Assembly (NCBI GenBank): GCA_965219455.1
Contig: OZ244744.1
Coordinates: forward strand, 2,752,001-2,816,000
From: Candidatus Latescibacterota bacterium
Lineage (GTDB): Bacteria > Latescibacterota > UBA2968 > GCA-2709665
Length of the DNA: 64,000 bases
Direction of reading: 5' to 3'
This document shows, piece after piece, positions 29,374 through 39,598 of the stretch. Each line of letters begins with the position of its first letter. Position 1 is the first letter of the stretch. A program made the translations under genes and the position numbers. The notes beneath the pieces were generated by a model. The model had not been told where the DNA came from. It ran no database searches and was given only the letters and a program-made list of their open reading frames with translations.

Positions 29374-31341
29374 ATGCCCGCAACGTCCAATCCTCTCGTC
29401 GCCTCCCAGGCTGCGCCCGCGCCGATTCCGGCGAACCGTGGCGTCACTCTCCGATCAGTCTTACTGGCCATTCTCGTATCCGTCGCCGCGTGCGTCTGGG
29501 TCAACTACGTCGAGTACGTCATCCACGCCTCCCGCATGACCCTCAGCCACTTTCCCATGGGTTCGCTGATGGTCTACCTCGCTCTTGCCCTGCTCCTGAA
29601 TCCACTGTGCGGAAAACCCGCCGCGAGATACGCCCTCTCTCCCACCGAACTCAAGGTTATCATGGCTGGCGGCCTGGTTGGCGGCGCCATTCCTTCGGTC
29701 GGTCTGACGGGCTACTTCCTGGGCGCGATTGCCGCGCCGTACTATTTCGCCACACCGGAAAACCAGTGGGGCGAGTTCTTCCACCCCTACATTCCCCGCT
29801 GGCTGGCGCCTCGCAATGTCAACCACGCGCTGGACCACCTGTTTGAAGGCGGCCCACCCGGAATGGATATTCCGTGGGACGTCTGGTACATCCCCCTGGC
29901 AGCGTGGATGGCTTTGATCACGGCCCTCTTCGTGGCCTCCACATGCCTGTCCGTCATCCTCCGGAAACAATGGGTGGAAAGCGAACGGCTCAGCTATCCG
30001 ATCCTGCGCCCGGTCCTGGATCTCACCGATCGGGCAAGGCCGGGTTTTTCCAGGCGTTTCTGGATCGGGTTCTCCGTTGCCCTGGGCATCATCAGTTGGA
30101 ACATGATCCACTACTTTGTGCCCGGATTTCCGCAGATTCCCAATATCCGCTGGGGACCATGGGTGCTTTTTGAACGCTACTTTCCGGGTATTTGGACCCG
30201 GATCAACATGTTCACCATCTCCTTTGCCTATTTCGCCAATATCGACGTTCTTTTCAGCCTCTGGTTCTTCTGCGTCCTCTTCATCCTGCGCAGTGGGGTG
30301 CTCAATCGATACGGCTACAACGCCAGCAGCATCTATACGACGTCGGGCGAGTTTGCCTGGCTGCAACTCGGCGGATTTGTCACGCTTGTTATCTGGGGAC
30401 TATGGATTGCGCGACACCACCTGAGATCGGTCGTGAGAATCGCTCTTGGCCGCAGTGCGCCCCTGGACGATGCCGACGAAATGATGCGATACCGCACCGC
30501 TGTGCTCGGATTCATCCTGAGCACCCTCTTTGCCGTCTTCTGGTTCTGGCGCGCCGGCATGGGGTTCGGGGTTGCCTGTCTTACCGTTATGGCAACCCTG
30601 GTCATCTTTCTTGGCGTATCCCGCATCGTGGCCGAGGTCGGCCTGGTCTTTGTCTGCACGCCGGTAGGCCAGCAGGAAATCGTCACCCGGCTGATCGGCC
30701 CCCGGAATCTCTCGGGGCCGAGCCTCACTGTACTGGCTTTTTCAAATGCCCTCACCTCGTTTGGCAAGGGCCTGTTCATGCCCTCCGTGGTTCATGCAGC
30801 CAAAATCGCGGATCTGTGTCCTCGCGAAGACCGTCCCCGAGTATTGACTGCGATCTTTCTGGCGTTTGCGGCCGGTGTAGGCGCCTCCATCGCGTACACC
30901 CTCTACCTGGGATACACCCACGGCGCCTATAATTTCAACGACTTCCCGTTCACACGATACAGCCGGGGCGGCTTCGCGAATGCGCTTTCAAAAATGAAGG
31001 ATCCCGCGGTCGAAACCACCATCCGCCCAATCCTGCTGGGCATCGGTGCAGCCCTGATGTCTGTCCTTACCTTCTTGAAATACCGCTTTCCCTGGTGGCC
31101 ACTTCACCCGGTAGGCTTCACCATTGCCGGCATTTCGTACGTCCACTTCTCCACCTTTTCAGTGTTCATCGCGTGGTGCATCAAATTCATCATCCTGCGC
31201 ATCGGCGGCGCGGCCCTGTACCGGCGTTATATCCCGTTTTTTCTGGGCGTACTGACGGGCTATACGACCGGCGTTGGGCTTTCCCTCGTCGTTGACATCA
31301 TCTGGTTCCCCGGCGCCGGCCATTCGATTCACGGATACTGA
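29374..31341 (+). CDS. DUF6785/DUF6784-type polytopic membrane protein (putative transporter)
   Basis: GVT.RSV, LRKQWVESERLSYP, SRIVAEVG, RFPWWPLHPVGF, Y.PFFLG; many TM helices. Confidence 0.75.
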   Translation: MPATSNPLVASQAAPAPIPANRGVTLRSVLLAILVSVAACVWVNYVEYVIHASRMTLSHFPMGSLMVYLALALLLNPLCGKPAARYALSPTELKVIMAGGLVGGAIPSVGLTGYFLGAIAAPYYFATPENQWGEFFHPYIPRWLAPRNVNHALDHLFEGGPPGMDIPWDVWYIPLAAWMALITALFVASTCLSVILRKQWVESERLSYPILRPVLDLTDRARPGFSRRFWIGFSVALGIISWNMIHYFVPGFPQIPNIRWGPWVLFERYFPGIWTRINMFTISFAYFANIDVLFSLWFFCVLFILRSGVLNRYGYNASSIYTTSGEFAWLQLGGFVTLVIWGLWIARHHLRSVVRIALGRSAPLDDADEMMRYRTAVLGFILSTLFAVFWFWRAGMGFGVACLTVMATLVIFLGVSRIVAEVGLVFVCTPVGQQEIVTRLIGPRNLSGPSLTVLAFSNALTSFGKGLFMPSVVHAAKIADLCPREDRPRVLTAIFLAFAAGVGASIAYTLYLGYTHGAYNFNDFPFTRYSRGGFANALSKMKDPAVETTIRPILLGIGAALMSVLTFLKYRFPWWPLHPVGFTIAGISYVHFSTFSVFIAWCIKFIILRIGGAALYRRYIPFFLGVLTGYTTGVGLSLVVDIIWFPGAGHSIHGY

Positions 31342-31390
31342 ACCTCTTGTCTTGCTCGCCGCCCACACCATGAGTTCGGGAGAAACCGTT

Positions 31391-32629
31391 ATGGTCGAAA
31401 TCCATCAGGCGTTCAACTGGCACGATAGCCACGGGAATCAGGATTATGTTTTCGGCGAAGACGGATACCTGAAAATGGACGGATCCAGGGCGCCGGTAGG
31501 TTGTTCCCGTCATTTGAAAGAGAAGATCACCGATCGCTACGGCTCCCTTGAACTGGCCATGAGAGTCGTGCTCGACGAGCCGGAATATCACACGCTTTAC
31601 ACCCTGCGCCTTTACGACACCGCGGGCCGCCCGGCCATCGCATGTCACATTCAGAGGGACGGCCGGCTGCTGTTCCAGGGGAGCAACGAACTGGTGGATT
31701 CCGGCCCGGTTCTCACATTCCAGGGCAACTGTCCCTTCAACGATCCTGCCCTGCGCAAGTGGTACGTCGTGGAATCCGATGAACACGTCTACACATTCAA
31801 AGGATTCGATTTTACAAACCAGACAGCTATCTTTCTTCTGGACGGCGAACGATCCGTCACCGTACCTTTCCAGAACCCCGTCAGGGATATCGCGAGGCTG
31901 GAACTCCAGACGGGCGGCATCGATATTGGCCGGTATATCCGTGTGAAGCATGTAAAACAGTTCGTCGGAGGCGAACAGATCGACCACGAAGACTACCCGC
32001 TCTATTGGAAACCCGTCCCGCCGCCCCGGGACGGGGAGCCGGACGACAATGTCTGCGAAAGCAGACTCAGACCCGTTGAGAATCGATGGCTTGAACTGGC
32101 CACCCGGTACGGTTTCGTGACGACGACCTTTCCCGTCATTCCACGGGGGACGCTGGAATTCGACGTCAAATCCCCGGATGTATCGGCGGAAGCCTGCATT
32201 CTGCTGGGTGAAAACGACGGCTCCATCAAGTGTTTTCGCAAGATCCAGACGGGCATCCTGACAAACCGCATGACCGTTGCCACCGGTCATCCCACGCCAG
32301 GCTTCAACACGTTTGACAATTCCGTTGTTCCAGAAAACGACCGGACGTACCGGTTCAAAATCGCGTGGGACGCGCAAACCAACAAGCAACAAATCCGGAT
32401 CGACGACGTCCCTCAGAAATACCAGGACGAGACGGAAATCGAAATCCACGGCCTATGGGGCAAGAAGAACCGGATGACGCGGGGCATCGACACCATCTCT
32501 TTGCATCCCGGGTTGCTCGGTACGGCACGCCTCACTTCGATCCAGAAGGCCGAAGGCCGAACGCTCGATAATCCGCCGGACCCCCTCCGAACCTGGTGGG
32601 GCAACTTCAGGCTTCGTTCCCAGGATTAA
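31391..32629 (+). CDS. Hypothetical beta-rich protein (possibly two lectin/jelly-roll-like domains)
   Basis: Long co-oriented ORF; GGAGA RBS before ATG 31391; no recognised motif. Confidence 0.65.
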   Translation: MVEIHQAFNWHDSHGNQDYVFGEDGYLKMDGSRAPVGCSRHLKEKITDRYGSLELAMRVVLDEPEYHTLYTLRLYDTAGRPAIACHIQRDGRLLFQGSNELVDSGPVLTFQGNCPFNDPALRKWYVVESDEHVYTFKGFDFTNQTAIFLLDGERSVTVPFQNPVRDIARLELQTGGIDIGRYIRVKHVKQFVGGEQIDHEDYPLYWKPVPPPRDGEPDDNVCESRLRPVENRWLELATRYGFVTTTFPVIPRGTLEFDVKSPDVSAEACILLGENDGSIKCFRKIQTGILTNRMTVATGHPTPGFNTFDNSVVPENDRTYRFKIAWDAQTNKQQIRIDDVPQKYQDETEIEIHGLWGKKNRMTRGIDTISLHPGLLGTARLTSIQKAEGRTLDNPPDPLRTWWGNFRLRSQD

Positions 32630-32679
32630 TCGGTGGCCCACTGCCGAAAACGAACCCATATTCTCCACGGAAGGTTGAT

Positions 32680-35028
32680 ATGCCAGCCATTCGGTATCCA
32701 TGTACGATGTACAAGCCCGACGATCTCGCCCGCGCCAGGGAGAATATCAAGCGCCACGCCTGGGCAAGGAAGCTCTATGGTCAGATCAAATCGCAGGCCG
32801 AATACTATCTGACGATGGACAGGGACCGGATGCGGTCCTTCATCAGCGACCAAACCCCGCTCGTCACCGTCGTCTGTCCCAACTGCGGCTGCGGCCCCTG
32901 GTACGCCTACAGCCTGATCAACCACGGCGCCACCCTTCAATGCACCGACTGCAAAACGACGTGGGACTGGGATCCGGAAGACACTTCCGAAACATGGAAT
33001 ATACAGGCGGTCATTCGCACGTACCGCCTGCAATACATCCTTGGCGGCCTGGAAAGCGCTGGTCTCGTCTACGGAATCGACGGCGACGTGCGGTACGCCG
33101 AGATAGCCGCCATCCTTGTCGAACGCTTCGCGGAAGTCTTCGAGAACTATCGCCTCAACCAGGTGAACAAGAACGTCTGGCACGATCGGAACGATCCCCT
33201 TTACGGGAAGATCGACGGATGGAAGCAGCGGGATGCCGGGTGCGCACGTAAAGTGCTGATTGCCTATGACCTCATACGAGACTCGGGCGTTCTCGATACC
33301 GAACAGCGCAGATCCATCGATGCCTTTGTGGAATATGTGCGTGACTATTTCGTCGAATCTTTCAACAACCCAGGATCCTCGACTCTGGAAGGCTACTCGT
33401 ATTCCGATGACCTTTCCCCCTATCTCTCTCACTACTCCATCCAGGATCACGGCGGCGCATGGTGGTGCATCGCGGCTTCGGCCGCGCTGACCGGTGACAG
33501 GGAAATCCTGCAATCCGTTGTCACGCTATACGAAGACATGCTCAGGCCGGAGGCCGGAGTCTTCTTCCAGGATGGCGCATTCTACGAATGTACGGCCGAC
33601 TACACCCTGGGTCTGCTTCAGAATATCACGGGCATACCGGAAATCATCCGGGGCAACCTCGACACCGACGTGTACGCCAACCCCCGATGCACCCTTCTGG
33701 AGAAATGTTATGCATGGTTTCTGGATGCCGCCTTCCCGAACGACACCCACCCGGCGATCAACGACTCGCACGTCGGAAGTCCGCTGCGACCCTTCTGTTC
33801 CGAAGTCGCCTATATCGTCTACAACAACCAGAAAGCGCTGCGCCACCTCAAGGCAATCTGGGGTCCGGACTTGAACGGCGGCACGGAATACTCCCTCTTC
33901 TACAGAGATCCGGACGCCGCGTTCGAAAGCGACGGCGAGCCCTACGCGGCGGCTAGCGTCCATATGCCCGATATGGGGCTTATGATTCTTCGTCACGGCG
34001 AAGACAAGCCGTCGCGGACCATGGCCTTTATCGACTACGGTCCGTATATTCCGGCCGCACACAAGCAGAAAGACTATCTCAATTTCGTCCTGTGGTCGTG
34101 CGGGCAGGAACTCGTCACGGAAATGGGGTACAACTGGAATCCGGAGTGGGCGCGACTGTGGGAACGCGGACCGCTATCGCACAATACCGTCCTGGAATGC
34201 GCGGAACAGGGCGAGGGGGGAAAACCGCTCCTGTGGTGCGTCACGCCGGGTCCCAAGCTCGCGGAAGCGGGCCTGCCGCCGGCCAACGCGCGCGTTATCG
34301 CGCTGTTGCCTCGAAGTTCGGGTGAACCCCTCATCGCCGATATCTTTCGTGTCTCCGGAGGCGTGAGTTCGTACACATGGATGTTGCACGCCCGATCCGG
34401 GAACCTGGAGGTCGCTGGCCTCGACGCCCTTGTACCCACAGACGTCCCCGAACCCCTGCGGTCCGGCCGGTCGGGCCGCGCGATGGAAGACGTCACCGCC
34501 ACCTGGTCGATGGATCGCGGCGGTTTGCAGACGATCATACCAAGTATCGGCGACACCACGGTTACGATTTCCGAGTGTCCTCCCGAAGAGGACGTGATCG
34601 AAGACCTGCACGCCGAGGGCGGCACCCTGAAACCGGGGGCCGTCCTCCCGTACCGCGGCCACCTCCAGGTCTCCCGATCGGGGCCAGACGCGATATTCGC
34701 CGCCTTGCACGTGCCGTTTCGGCATCGGCCACCGGCGATAGACGTTCAATGCCGAATTTTGTCCGACGACACACTGGCGCTCCGGATTTCCACAGAAGGC
34801 GAACGATTTCTCCTGTTGCATACCCTCGCACAAAACGAGGTGAGTTTCGACGGCCTTGCCCTGAAGGGACGGGCGGCAGTCGTCACGCTGACGAACGGGA
34901 TCCCCCAATCTTTCTGCCTCGCCGCCGGGACCTCCCTGGTCTATAACGAAACCGAACTTCGTCTCGAAGAAACGGGCAACGCCTATGCCGTGCGTTCAGG
35001 AGACACGTTCAAAAGGGTGGAGCTATAG
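32680..35028 (+). CDS. Heparinase II/III-like (alginate lyase-like) protein
   Basis: AYDLI, DGAFYE..Y, P.INDS, HKQKDYLNFVLW, EMGY, LSHNTV; CPNC..CTDC insertion near the N-terminus. Confidence 0.75.
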   Translation: MPAIRYPCTMYKPDDLARARENIKRHAWARKLYGQIKSQAEYYLTMDRDRMRSFISDQTPLVTVVCPNCGCGPWYAYSLINHGATLQCTDCKTTWDWDPEDTSETWNIQAVIRTYRLQYILGGLESAGLVYGIDGDVRYAEIAAILVERFAEVFENYRLNQVNKNVWHDRNDPLYGKIDGWKQRDAGCARKVLIAYDLIRDSGVLDTEQRRSIDAFVEYVRDYFVESFNNPGSSTLEGYSYSDDLSPYLSHYSIQDHGGAWWCIAASAALTGDREILQSVVTLYEDMLRPEAGVFFQDGAFYECTADYTLGLLQNITGIPEIIRGNLDTDVYANPRCTLLEKCYAWFLDAAFPNDTHPAINDSHVGSPLRPFCSEVAYIVYNNQKALRHLKAIWGPDLNGGTEYSLFYRDPDAAFESDGEPYAAASVHMPDMGLMILRHGEDKPSRTMAFIDYGPYIPAAHKQKDYLNFVLWSCGQELVTEMGYNWNPEWARLWERGPLSHNTVLECAEQGEGGKPLLWCVTPGPKLAEAGLPPANARVIALLPRSSGEPLIADIFRVSGGVSSYTWMLHARSGNLEVAGLDALVPTDVPEPLRSGRSGRAMEDVTATWSMDRGGLQTIIPSIGDTTVTISECPPEEDVIEDLHAEGGTLKPGAVLPYRGHLQVSRSGPDAIFAALHVPFRHRPPAIDVQCRILSDDTLALRISTEGERFLLLHTLAQNEVSFDGLALKGRAAVVTLTNGIPQSFCLAAGTSLVYNETELRLEETGNAYAVRSGDTFKRVEL

Positions 35029-35090
35029 GTTTCGGCGCGTTATATTGTGCCGGTCAGAACTGCAGCCATTCATCAATACAGGAGACACGC

Positions 35091-36035
35091 ATGCCGTCCG
35101 ACTTTCTCGACCGGGTCGCCGAAGGCCATCTGCTCTGCGATGGCGGATATTATCTCGAATTCGAACGCCGTTGCCTTGGAAGCTACGCATCCAAAATCCC
35201 CATGGGCGTGCTCGACTATCCTGAAGGCGTACTCGAGCTCCATAAAGAATTCGCCCGCGCGGGCGCAGAAGTCCTTCAGGCCATGGTCTGGGGCGTTCGA
35301 CCGATGGAACGCGAAGAGGAACTCCACACGAAGGCCGTGGAACTCGCGCGCGAAGCCGCCGGACCGGGCCGTTTCGTGGCCGGCACCCTCAGCCCCTACG
35401 TTTATCTGGGTCGCTCCAAATGGGATCCCATGACCGAAGAAGACAAGACCAATGCCCGGGAATTCTTCGAGCGCCGCGTCGGCCAGCAGACCTCGGCCGG
35501 CGTAGACCTCTTCATTGTCGAAACCTTTTATTCCGTGGATGAAGTCAGCCTTGCCATTCCCTTTGTCAAACAGGCGGGGATCCCGGCCGTTGTCACCATG
35601 ACCTATCGCGACGCGGAAATTACCCGGGAAGGCTACCGCCCCGGCGAAGCCGCCAGACGCCTGGCGGACGCCGGCGCCGACGTCGTCGGTATCAATTGCA
35701 GCCGCCCCTGGTCCACCATGCGCCCGCTGATGTACGAAGTCAGGGAAGCCGTTTCCGTACCCCTGTGCGCCCAGCCCACGGGATACGAACTCGAACCGGG
35801 CGAGATTTTCAACCGACCCCTGAGTGTCGCCAACCTCTGGACGCAGGTTGAACCCCGCGTTGTCACGCGCTTTTCCATGGCTGAGTATACCGCCGAAGCC
35901 AGGCACTTGGGCATCGGCCTGATCGGCTCCTGCTGCGGCGCCCTGCCGTACCACGTCCGCGCCATGGCCGAGGCGCTTGGTAAAGCCACGGATCTGCCCG
36001 ACCTCGACCGGGGGTACCACGGTCTGGCGGGGTGA
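35091..36035 (+). CDS. Homocysteine S-methyltransferase family (BHMT-like)
   Basis: DGGY..EFERR, LHKEFARAGA, GINC and GSCCG zinc ligands, PYHVRAMAE. Confidence 0.88.
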   Translation: MPSDFLDRVAEGHLLCDGGYYLEFERRCLGSYASKIPMGVLDYPEGVLELHKEFARAGAEVLQAMVWGVRPMEREEELHTKAVELAREAAGPGRFVAGTLSPYVYLGRSKWDPMTEEDKTNAREFFERRVGQQTSAGVDLFIVETFYSVDEVSLAIPFVKQAGIPAVVTMTYRDAEITREGYRPGEAARRLADAGADVVGINCSRPWSTMRPLMYEVREAVSVPLCAQPTGYELEPGEIFNRPLSVANLWTQVEPRVVTRFSMAEYTAEARHLGIGLIGSCCGALPYHVRAMAEALGKATDLPDLDRGYHGLAG

Positions 36036-36198
36036 GACTCGAATGTGGATGAAAAAGCACGCGCGTCACCGTCTTTCCGGCAGCCCACAATCGGGGATCG
36101 AACGGGAATATGGAGACAGTATATGCGACAGGTCGTACGACGGATTGGTCGAAGCTTCGGCAAACCATCTACACCACGACGACGGGAGGAAGCCATCA

Positions 36199-37881
36199 AT
36201 GTTGAATGACATCACGGCCTGCCTCAAAAAAGGCTTTGACCTCGGTGTACGGTGGACGGACGAGAACGGCGTCTTGAACGACGCCTATGAAAACAATCGG
36301 CCGGAAAACTTCGCGCCGGCTTGCTGGGCCGTCATAGGCGCTTCACTTTACCGGCTCACCGGTGAAGGCGTGTATCTTGAGTGGACCGACCGCTGGATGA
36401 AACGCACCGCCGAGATAATGGAAGGCGCCAGAAACGCGCCCGGTTTCAGAGAATACGTGATGGGATACGGCGTGATGGTTTTCCCCATTCTATCGGACGT
36501 CCTGGACAGGGATACCCTGGAAGGCTGGGAAACCGCCTTTGCCGCTTCCTATACCGAAGACGCCGGATTGTCCGACTGCCATGTCTCCGCCGCCTCTCTG
36601 TTGTGCGACCTCGTCCTGGACAGCGGGCGGGAGGAAAAAGCCCGGAAGCGGTCCGAAGCATTCATCGCCGCGTTCAACAGGCGCCTCACGTCCGGAGGTT
36701 TTCTACGTGACGACGACGTGAACGGGCACTCCGTTGCCCACGTCTACCTTACAGGTACCTTCCTCGCCGCGGCCCTTCTCCAAAGCAAATCGGATGTCTA
36801 CGCAGCGTCCGAGGACGACCAGCGCCACGTCGAACGGCTCCTCGAGGTCATATGCAAGTGGTTTAAACGGGCCAACGGTCAATTCCATCTCCCATTCCTG
36901 GCCAGTCGGAGCATTTACCAGATGTACGTGTATCCCATGGTCGGGCTTCTCTCCTACATAGGAGAAGGTGAAGCGGCCAGCGATAGAATCCGTGCGCTGC
37001 TCGCCTTCTGTGAGTCCTTCAATCCGGAAAAGAACGTGTTCTCCCATACGCCCAACCACCTGTCGCCCTATGCCCTCGCTGGCCTGGAATGGACCTACAA
37101 TCGTCTGAACACCGACCTCGGCGCGGGCCTGGTGGCCTGGGCGCTGCTCGCGCTCCTGGTCGACCAGGGGTGGCCGGGGTTCGACGCGGTCGCCGCCACT
37201 CCCGTTCGGGACGTGGTCGATCCGGAAGCCGGGTACGCGATCCTGCACGGTGAGAAGTCCCGGCTGGCCCTCTCCCTATGCAGACACGACTGGGGCTACC
37301 ACCTGCCGCTCCAGCCGATTGCGCTCAAACTCGGCAATACCCCGATGATCGAACCCATTGCAGACGCCAAGCGGGACGGCGTCAAACATGCCTTCCATGG
37401 CCAGATCGTCGAACCGGAAAGGGCCGATCCGTTGCTGGAACCCTACTTCGGCATTCTCGTTAAAGAGGCCGGCGGGGCATACCGCATCATGGAAGGCGAC
37501 GCGGAGGCGATTGCCAACGATGAATACAGGCTCACCGGTCCACTTGGGCTGAATCTTAAACTCGATCTGAAGAACGAACTCATTCGGCTGACGTACCGGG
37601 CCACGGGTCTTAGAGACGACGACCAGGCCATTTTCTCAATTCCCATTCTCCTGTGGGACGGCAGAGAGGAGCTGACCTACAAAATCGACAACGGCACCCT
37701 GGCCCTGGGCTGGAAAGGCGCGGCCTACCGCGTATCGATAGCCGGCAACAGCGGTCCCTGGGACCTGGACATGGCGCGCTATATGCACGCGGGGTACGGG
37801 CTGACCGCGAACATGACCGTACCCGTGGCTCACGACACCTCACAACTCCACGCCACGGTCACCATCGAACGGACGGCTTGA
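36199..37881 (+). CDS. Hypothetical protein (helical toroid plus beta C-terminal domain, lyase/hydrolase-like)
   Basis: GGGAGG RBS; LYRLTGE..YLE helical-repeat motif; no specific family recognised. Confidence 0.65.
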   Translation: MLNDITACLKKGFDLGVRWTDENGVLNDAYENNRPENFAPACWAVIGASLYRLTGEGVYLEWTDRWMKRTAEIMEGARNAPGFREYVMGYGVMVFPILSDVLDRDTLEGWETAFAASYTEDAGLSDCHVSAASLLCDLVLDSGREEKARKRSEAFIAAFNRRLTSGGFLRDDDVNGHSVAHVYLTGTFLAAALLQSKSDVYAASEDDQRHVERLLEVICKWFKRANGQFHLPFLASRSIYQMYVYPMVGLLSYIGEGEAASDRIRALLAFCESFNPEKNVFSHTPNHLSPYALAGLEWTYNRLNTDLGAGLVAWALLALLVDQGWPGFDAVAATPVRDVVDPEAGYAILHGEKSRLALSLCRHDWGYHLPLQPIALKLGNTPMIEPIADAKRDGVKHAFHGQIVEPERADPLLEPYFGILVKEAGGAYRIMEGDAEAIANDEYRLTGPLGLNLKLDLKNELIRLTYRATGLRDDDQAIFSIPILLWDGREELTYKIDNGTLALGWKGAAYRVSIAGNSGPWDLDMARYMHAGYGLTANMTVPVAHDTSQLHATVTIERTA

Positions 37882-37906
37882 AGATGTGCTATCCGCAGGT
37901 GCAACC

Positions 37907-38890
37907 ATGAACCTCGGATTCATCGGTCTGGGCAACTACTCCGGAAACCACCTGCGGGCCGTCGACAAGAATCCGGACCTGGTTCTGGTATCCGTATTCG
38001 ACGTCGTCACCGAACGCGCTGAGGAGGTTGCCCGGATCTCCGGCGCCAGACGGGCGTCCGGTATTGAAGACCTGGCCGGCGAACCCGCTGTAGACGGCGT
38101 TGTCATCACCACGCCCAACCCGCGCCACTACGATGACTTCAAGATCTGCGCGGCCCATGGCAAACACATCTTCGTCAACGTGCCCGTCACGACCAGTCGC
38201 ACGCAAGCCGCGGAAATGATGCGGCTTGCCGACGAAAAAGATCTCACCTACATGGCCGGTCACAACCTCCGCAAAAACCCGGCTATCGCACACCTGAAGA
38301 AGCGTCTGGACGCCGGCGACGTCGGCACCCTGCACTCCGTCGAAGCTTCTGTCGGAGGCGCCTCGGCTTATCATCTCACACCGGACAACTGGCGGTACCA
38401 CATCGTAAACGCGCCTCTTCTGCCCTTCGCGCAGATGGCCGTGGTCTTCATCGACCTTGTCCTGCATGTCATGGGCGCCCCTGAAAAGGTCGCCGCCTTC
38501 ATGTCCAAGAGAGACGGGGCTGGAGAATCCCCGGACCTGGGCGCAGTTATCGGCCGTTACGCCGATGGACGCCTCTCCTACATCGGCGCGTCGTACGTCT
38601 CCCAACTGGGTTACGAAATCACCTTCGTGGGCAGCGAGGCAAGAATCAAGTGGGACAGCCACGACGAAAACGCCGTCACCCGGATCGGGCTTGAGACTCA
38701 CCATAGGGAATCCTTCGACCGAATCGACGAACAGTACGAGGAACTCGCCGAATTCGCACACTGCGTCCAGACCGGCGCCACTCCCTCGGTGAGTGGCCTG
38801 GACGCCTTCAACGTCGCCGCCTACTTCGAAGCCATTGAAGAATCCATTACCACGGAACGGGCCGTTCCTTTCAGGTCTTTCGATGCATAG
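37907..38890 (+). CDS. Gfo/Idh/MocA-fold protein with atypical active-site motifs
   Basis: GFIGLG, VDGVVITTPN..H, HGKHIFVNVP (EKP replaced), GHNLR. Confidence 0.8.
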   Translation: MNLGFIGLGNYSGNHLRAVDKNPDLVLVSVFDVVTERAEEVARISGARRASGIEDLAGEPAVDGVVITTPNPRHYDDFKICAAHGKHIFVNVPVTTSRTQAAEMMRLADEKDLTYMAGHNLRKNPAIAHLKKRLDAGDVGTLHSVEASVGGASAYHLTPDNWRYHIVNAPLLPFAQMAVVFIDLVLHVMGAPEKVAAFMSKRDGAGESPDLGAVIGRYADGRLSYIGASYVSQLGYEITFVGSEARIKWDSHDENAVTRIGLETHHRESFDRIDEQYEELAEFAHCVQTGATPSVSGLDAFNVAAYFEAIEESITTERAVPFRSFDA

Positions 38891-38892
38891 CA

Positions 38893-38920
38893 AAAAACCC
38901 TGGAGATCGCGTCTCCAGGG
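38893..38920 (-). terminator. Intrinsic terminator, copy 1 of an exact 28-bp duplication
   Basis: AAAAACCCTGGAGATCGCGTCTCCAGGG: 9-bp stem plus U-tract on the minus strand. Confidence 0.8.
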
Positions 38921-39018
38921 TCACGGCCGGACGTCCTGTCCGACCTGATTCAGATCACATCTATATGTCCAACTGACCTAAATCGAGTTGACCTGATGTC
39001 AATAATGATGGGATAATT

Positions 39019-39546
39019 CTAAGCCTCAAGTTCTTTAATTTCGTGAATGATGCCTCGATATAAAGCCTGTTTCGCCGAAATAGGCACTATGTTTTGTGCA
39101 GTTGTGAATTCTTGTGCCTCAGATAAAGAAATATCAGTATGTTTAATGAGATAATCCAGGACACGTCGATTACATTCCTTTACACCATTGAGGCGATGTT
39201 CAAGCCAAAACTGATCAAGCCGTTCTGCTTGTGGTGTTAGATAATAAATAGAGTGAATGCCAAAATTAGCTTCGGGCGTGGCCAATCGTTTTTTACCACC
39301 TAAAAATGGTATAATGCCAGTAGAATAAATCCGTTGTGAATTATGAGTAATGGTCTGTATAGATTGTCCCATCAAAAAATGATAAAGAGAAATAGCAGAT
39401 TCAAATTGCCCACCATCGGTGGAAATTTCTACATAAAGTGTGGAAGGTTGCTGTTTTGTTATTTTTGGTTTCACTTTATTTATAAAATTATCTACTGTGT
39501 CCCGACAAATGAAATCTTTAAATTCACATCTTAAAATTGAATCCAA
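39019..39546 (-). CDS. Divergent ClpP/crotonase-like protease
   Basis: ISTDGG (cf. INSPGG), IYSTG (cf. ASMG, catalytic Ser), KRLATPEANFGIH (catalytic His), ISAKQALYRGIIHEI (cf. SAEEA.EYGLID.I). Confidence 0.78.
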   Translation of the reverse strand: MDSILRCEFKDFICRDTVDNFINKVKPKITKQQPSTLYVEISTDGGQFESAISLYHFLMGQSIQTITHNSQRIYSTGIIPFLGGKKRLATPEANFGIHSIYYLTPQAERLDQFWLEHRLNGVKECNRRVLDYLIKHTDISLSEAQEFTTAQNIVPISAKQALYRGIIHEIKELEA

Positions 39547-39598
39547 TTAATTATTCCGCCGAAAAGGGGAGCGGTCTGACGCAATACTGGGGAGTAAA

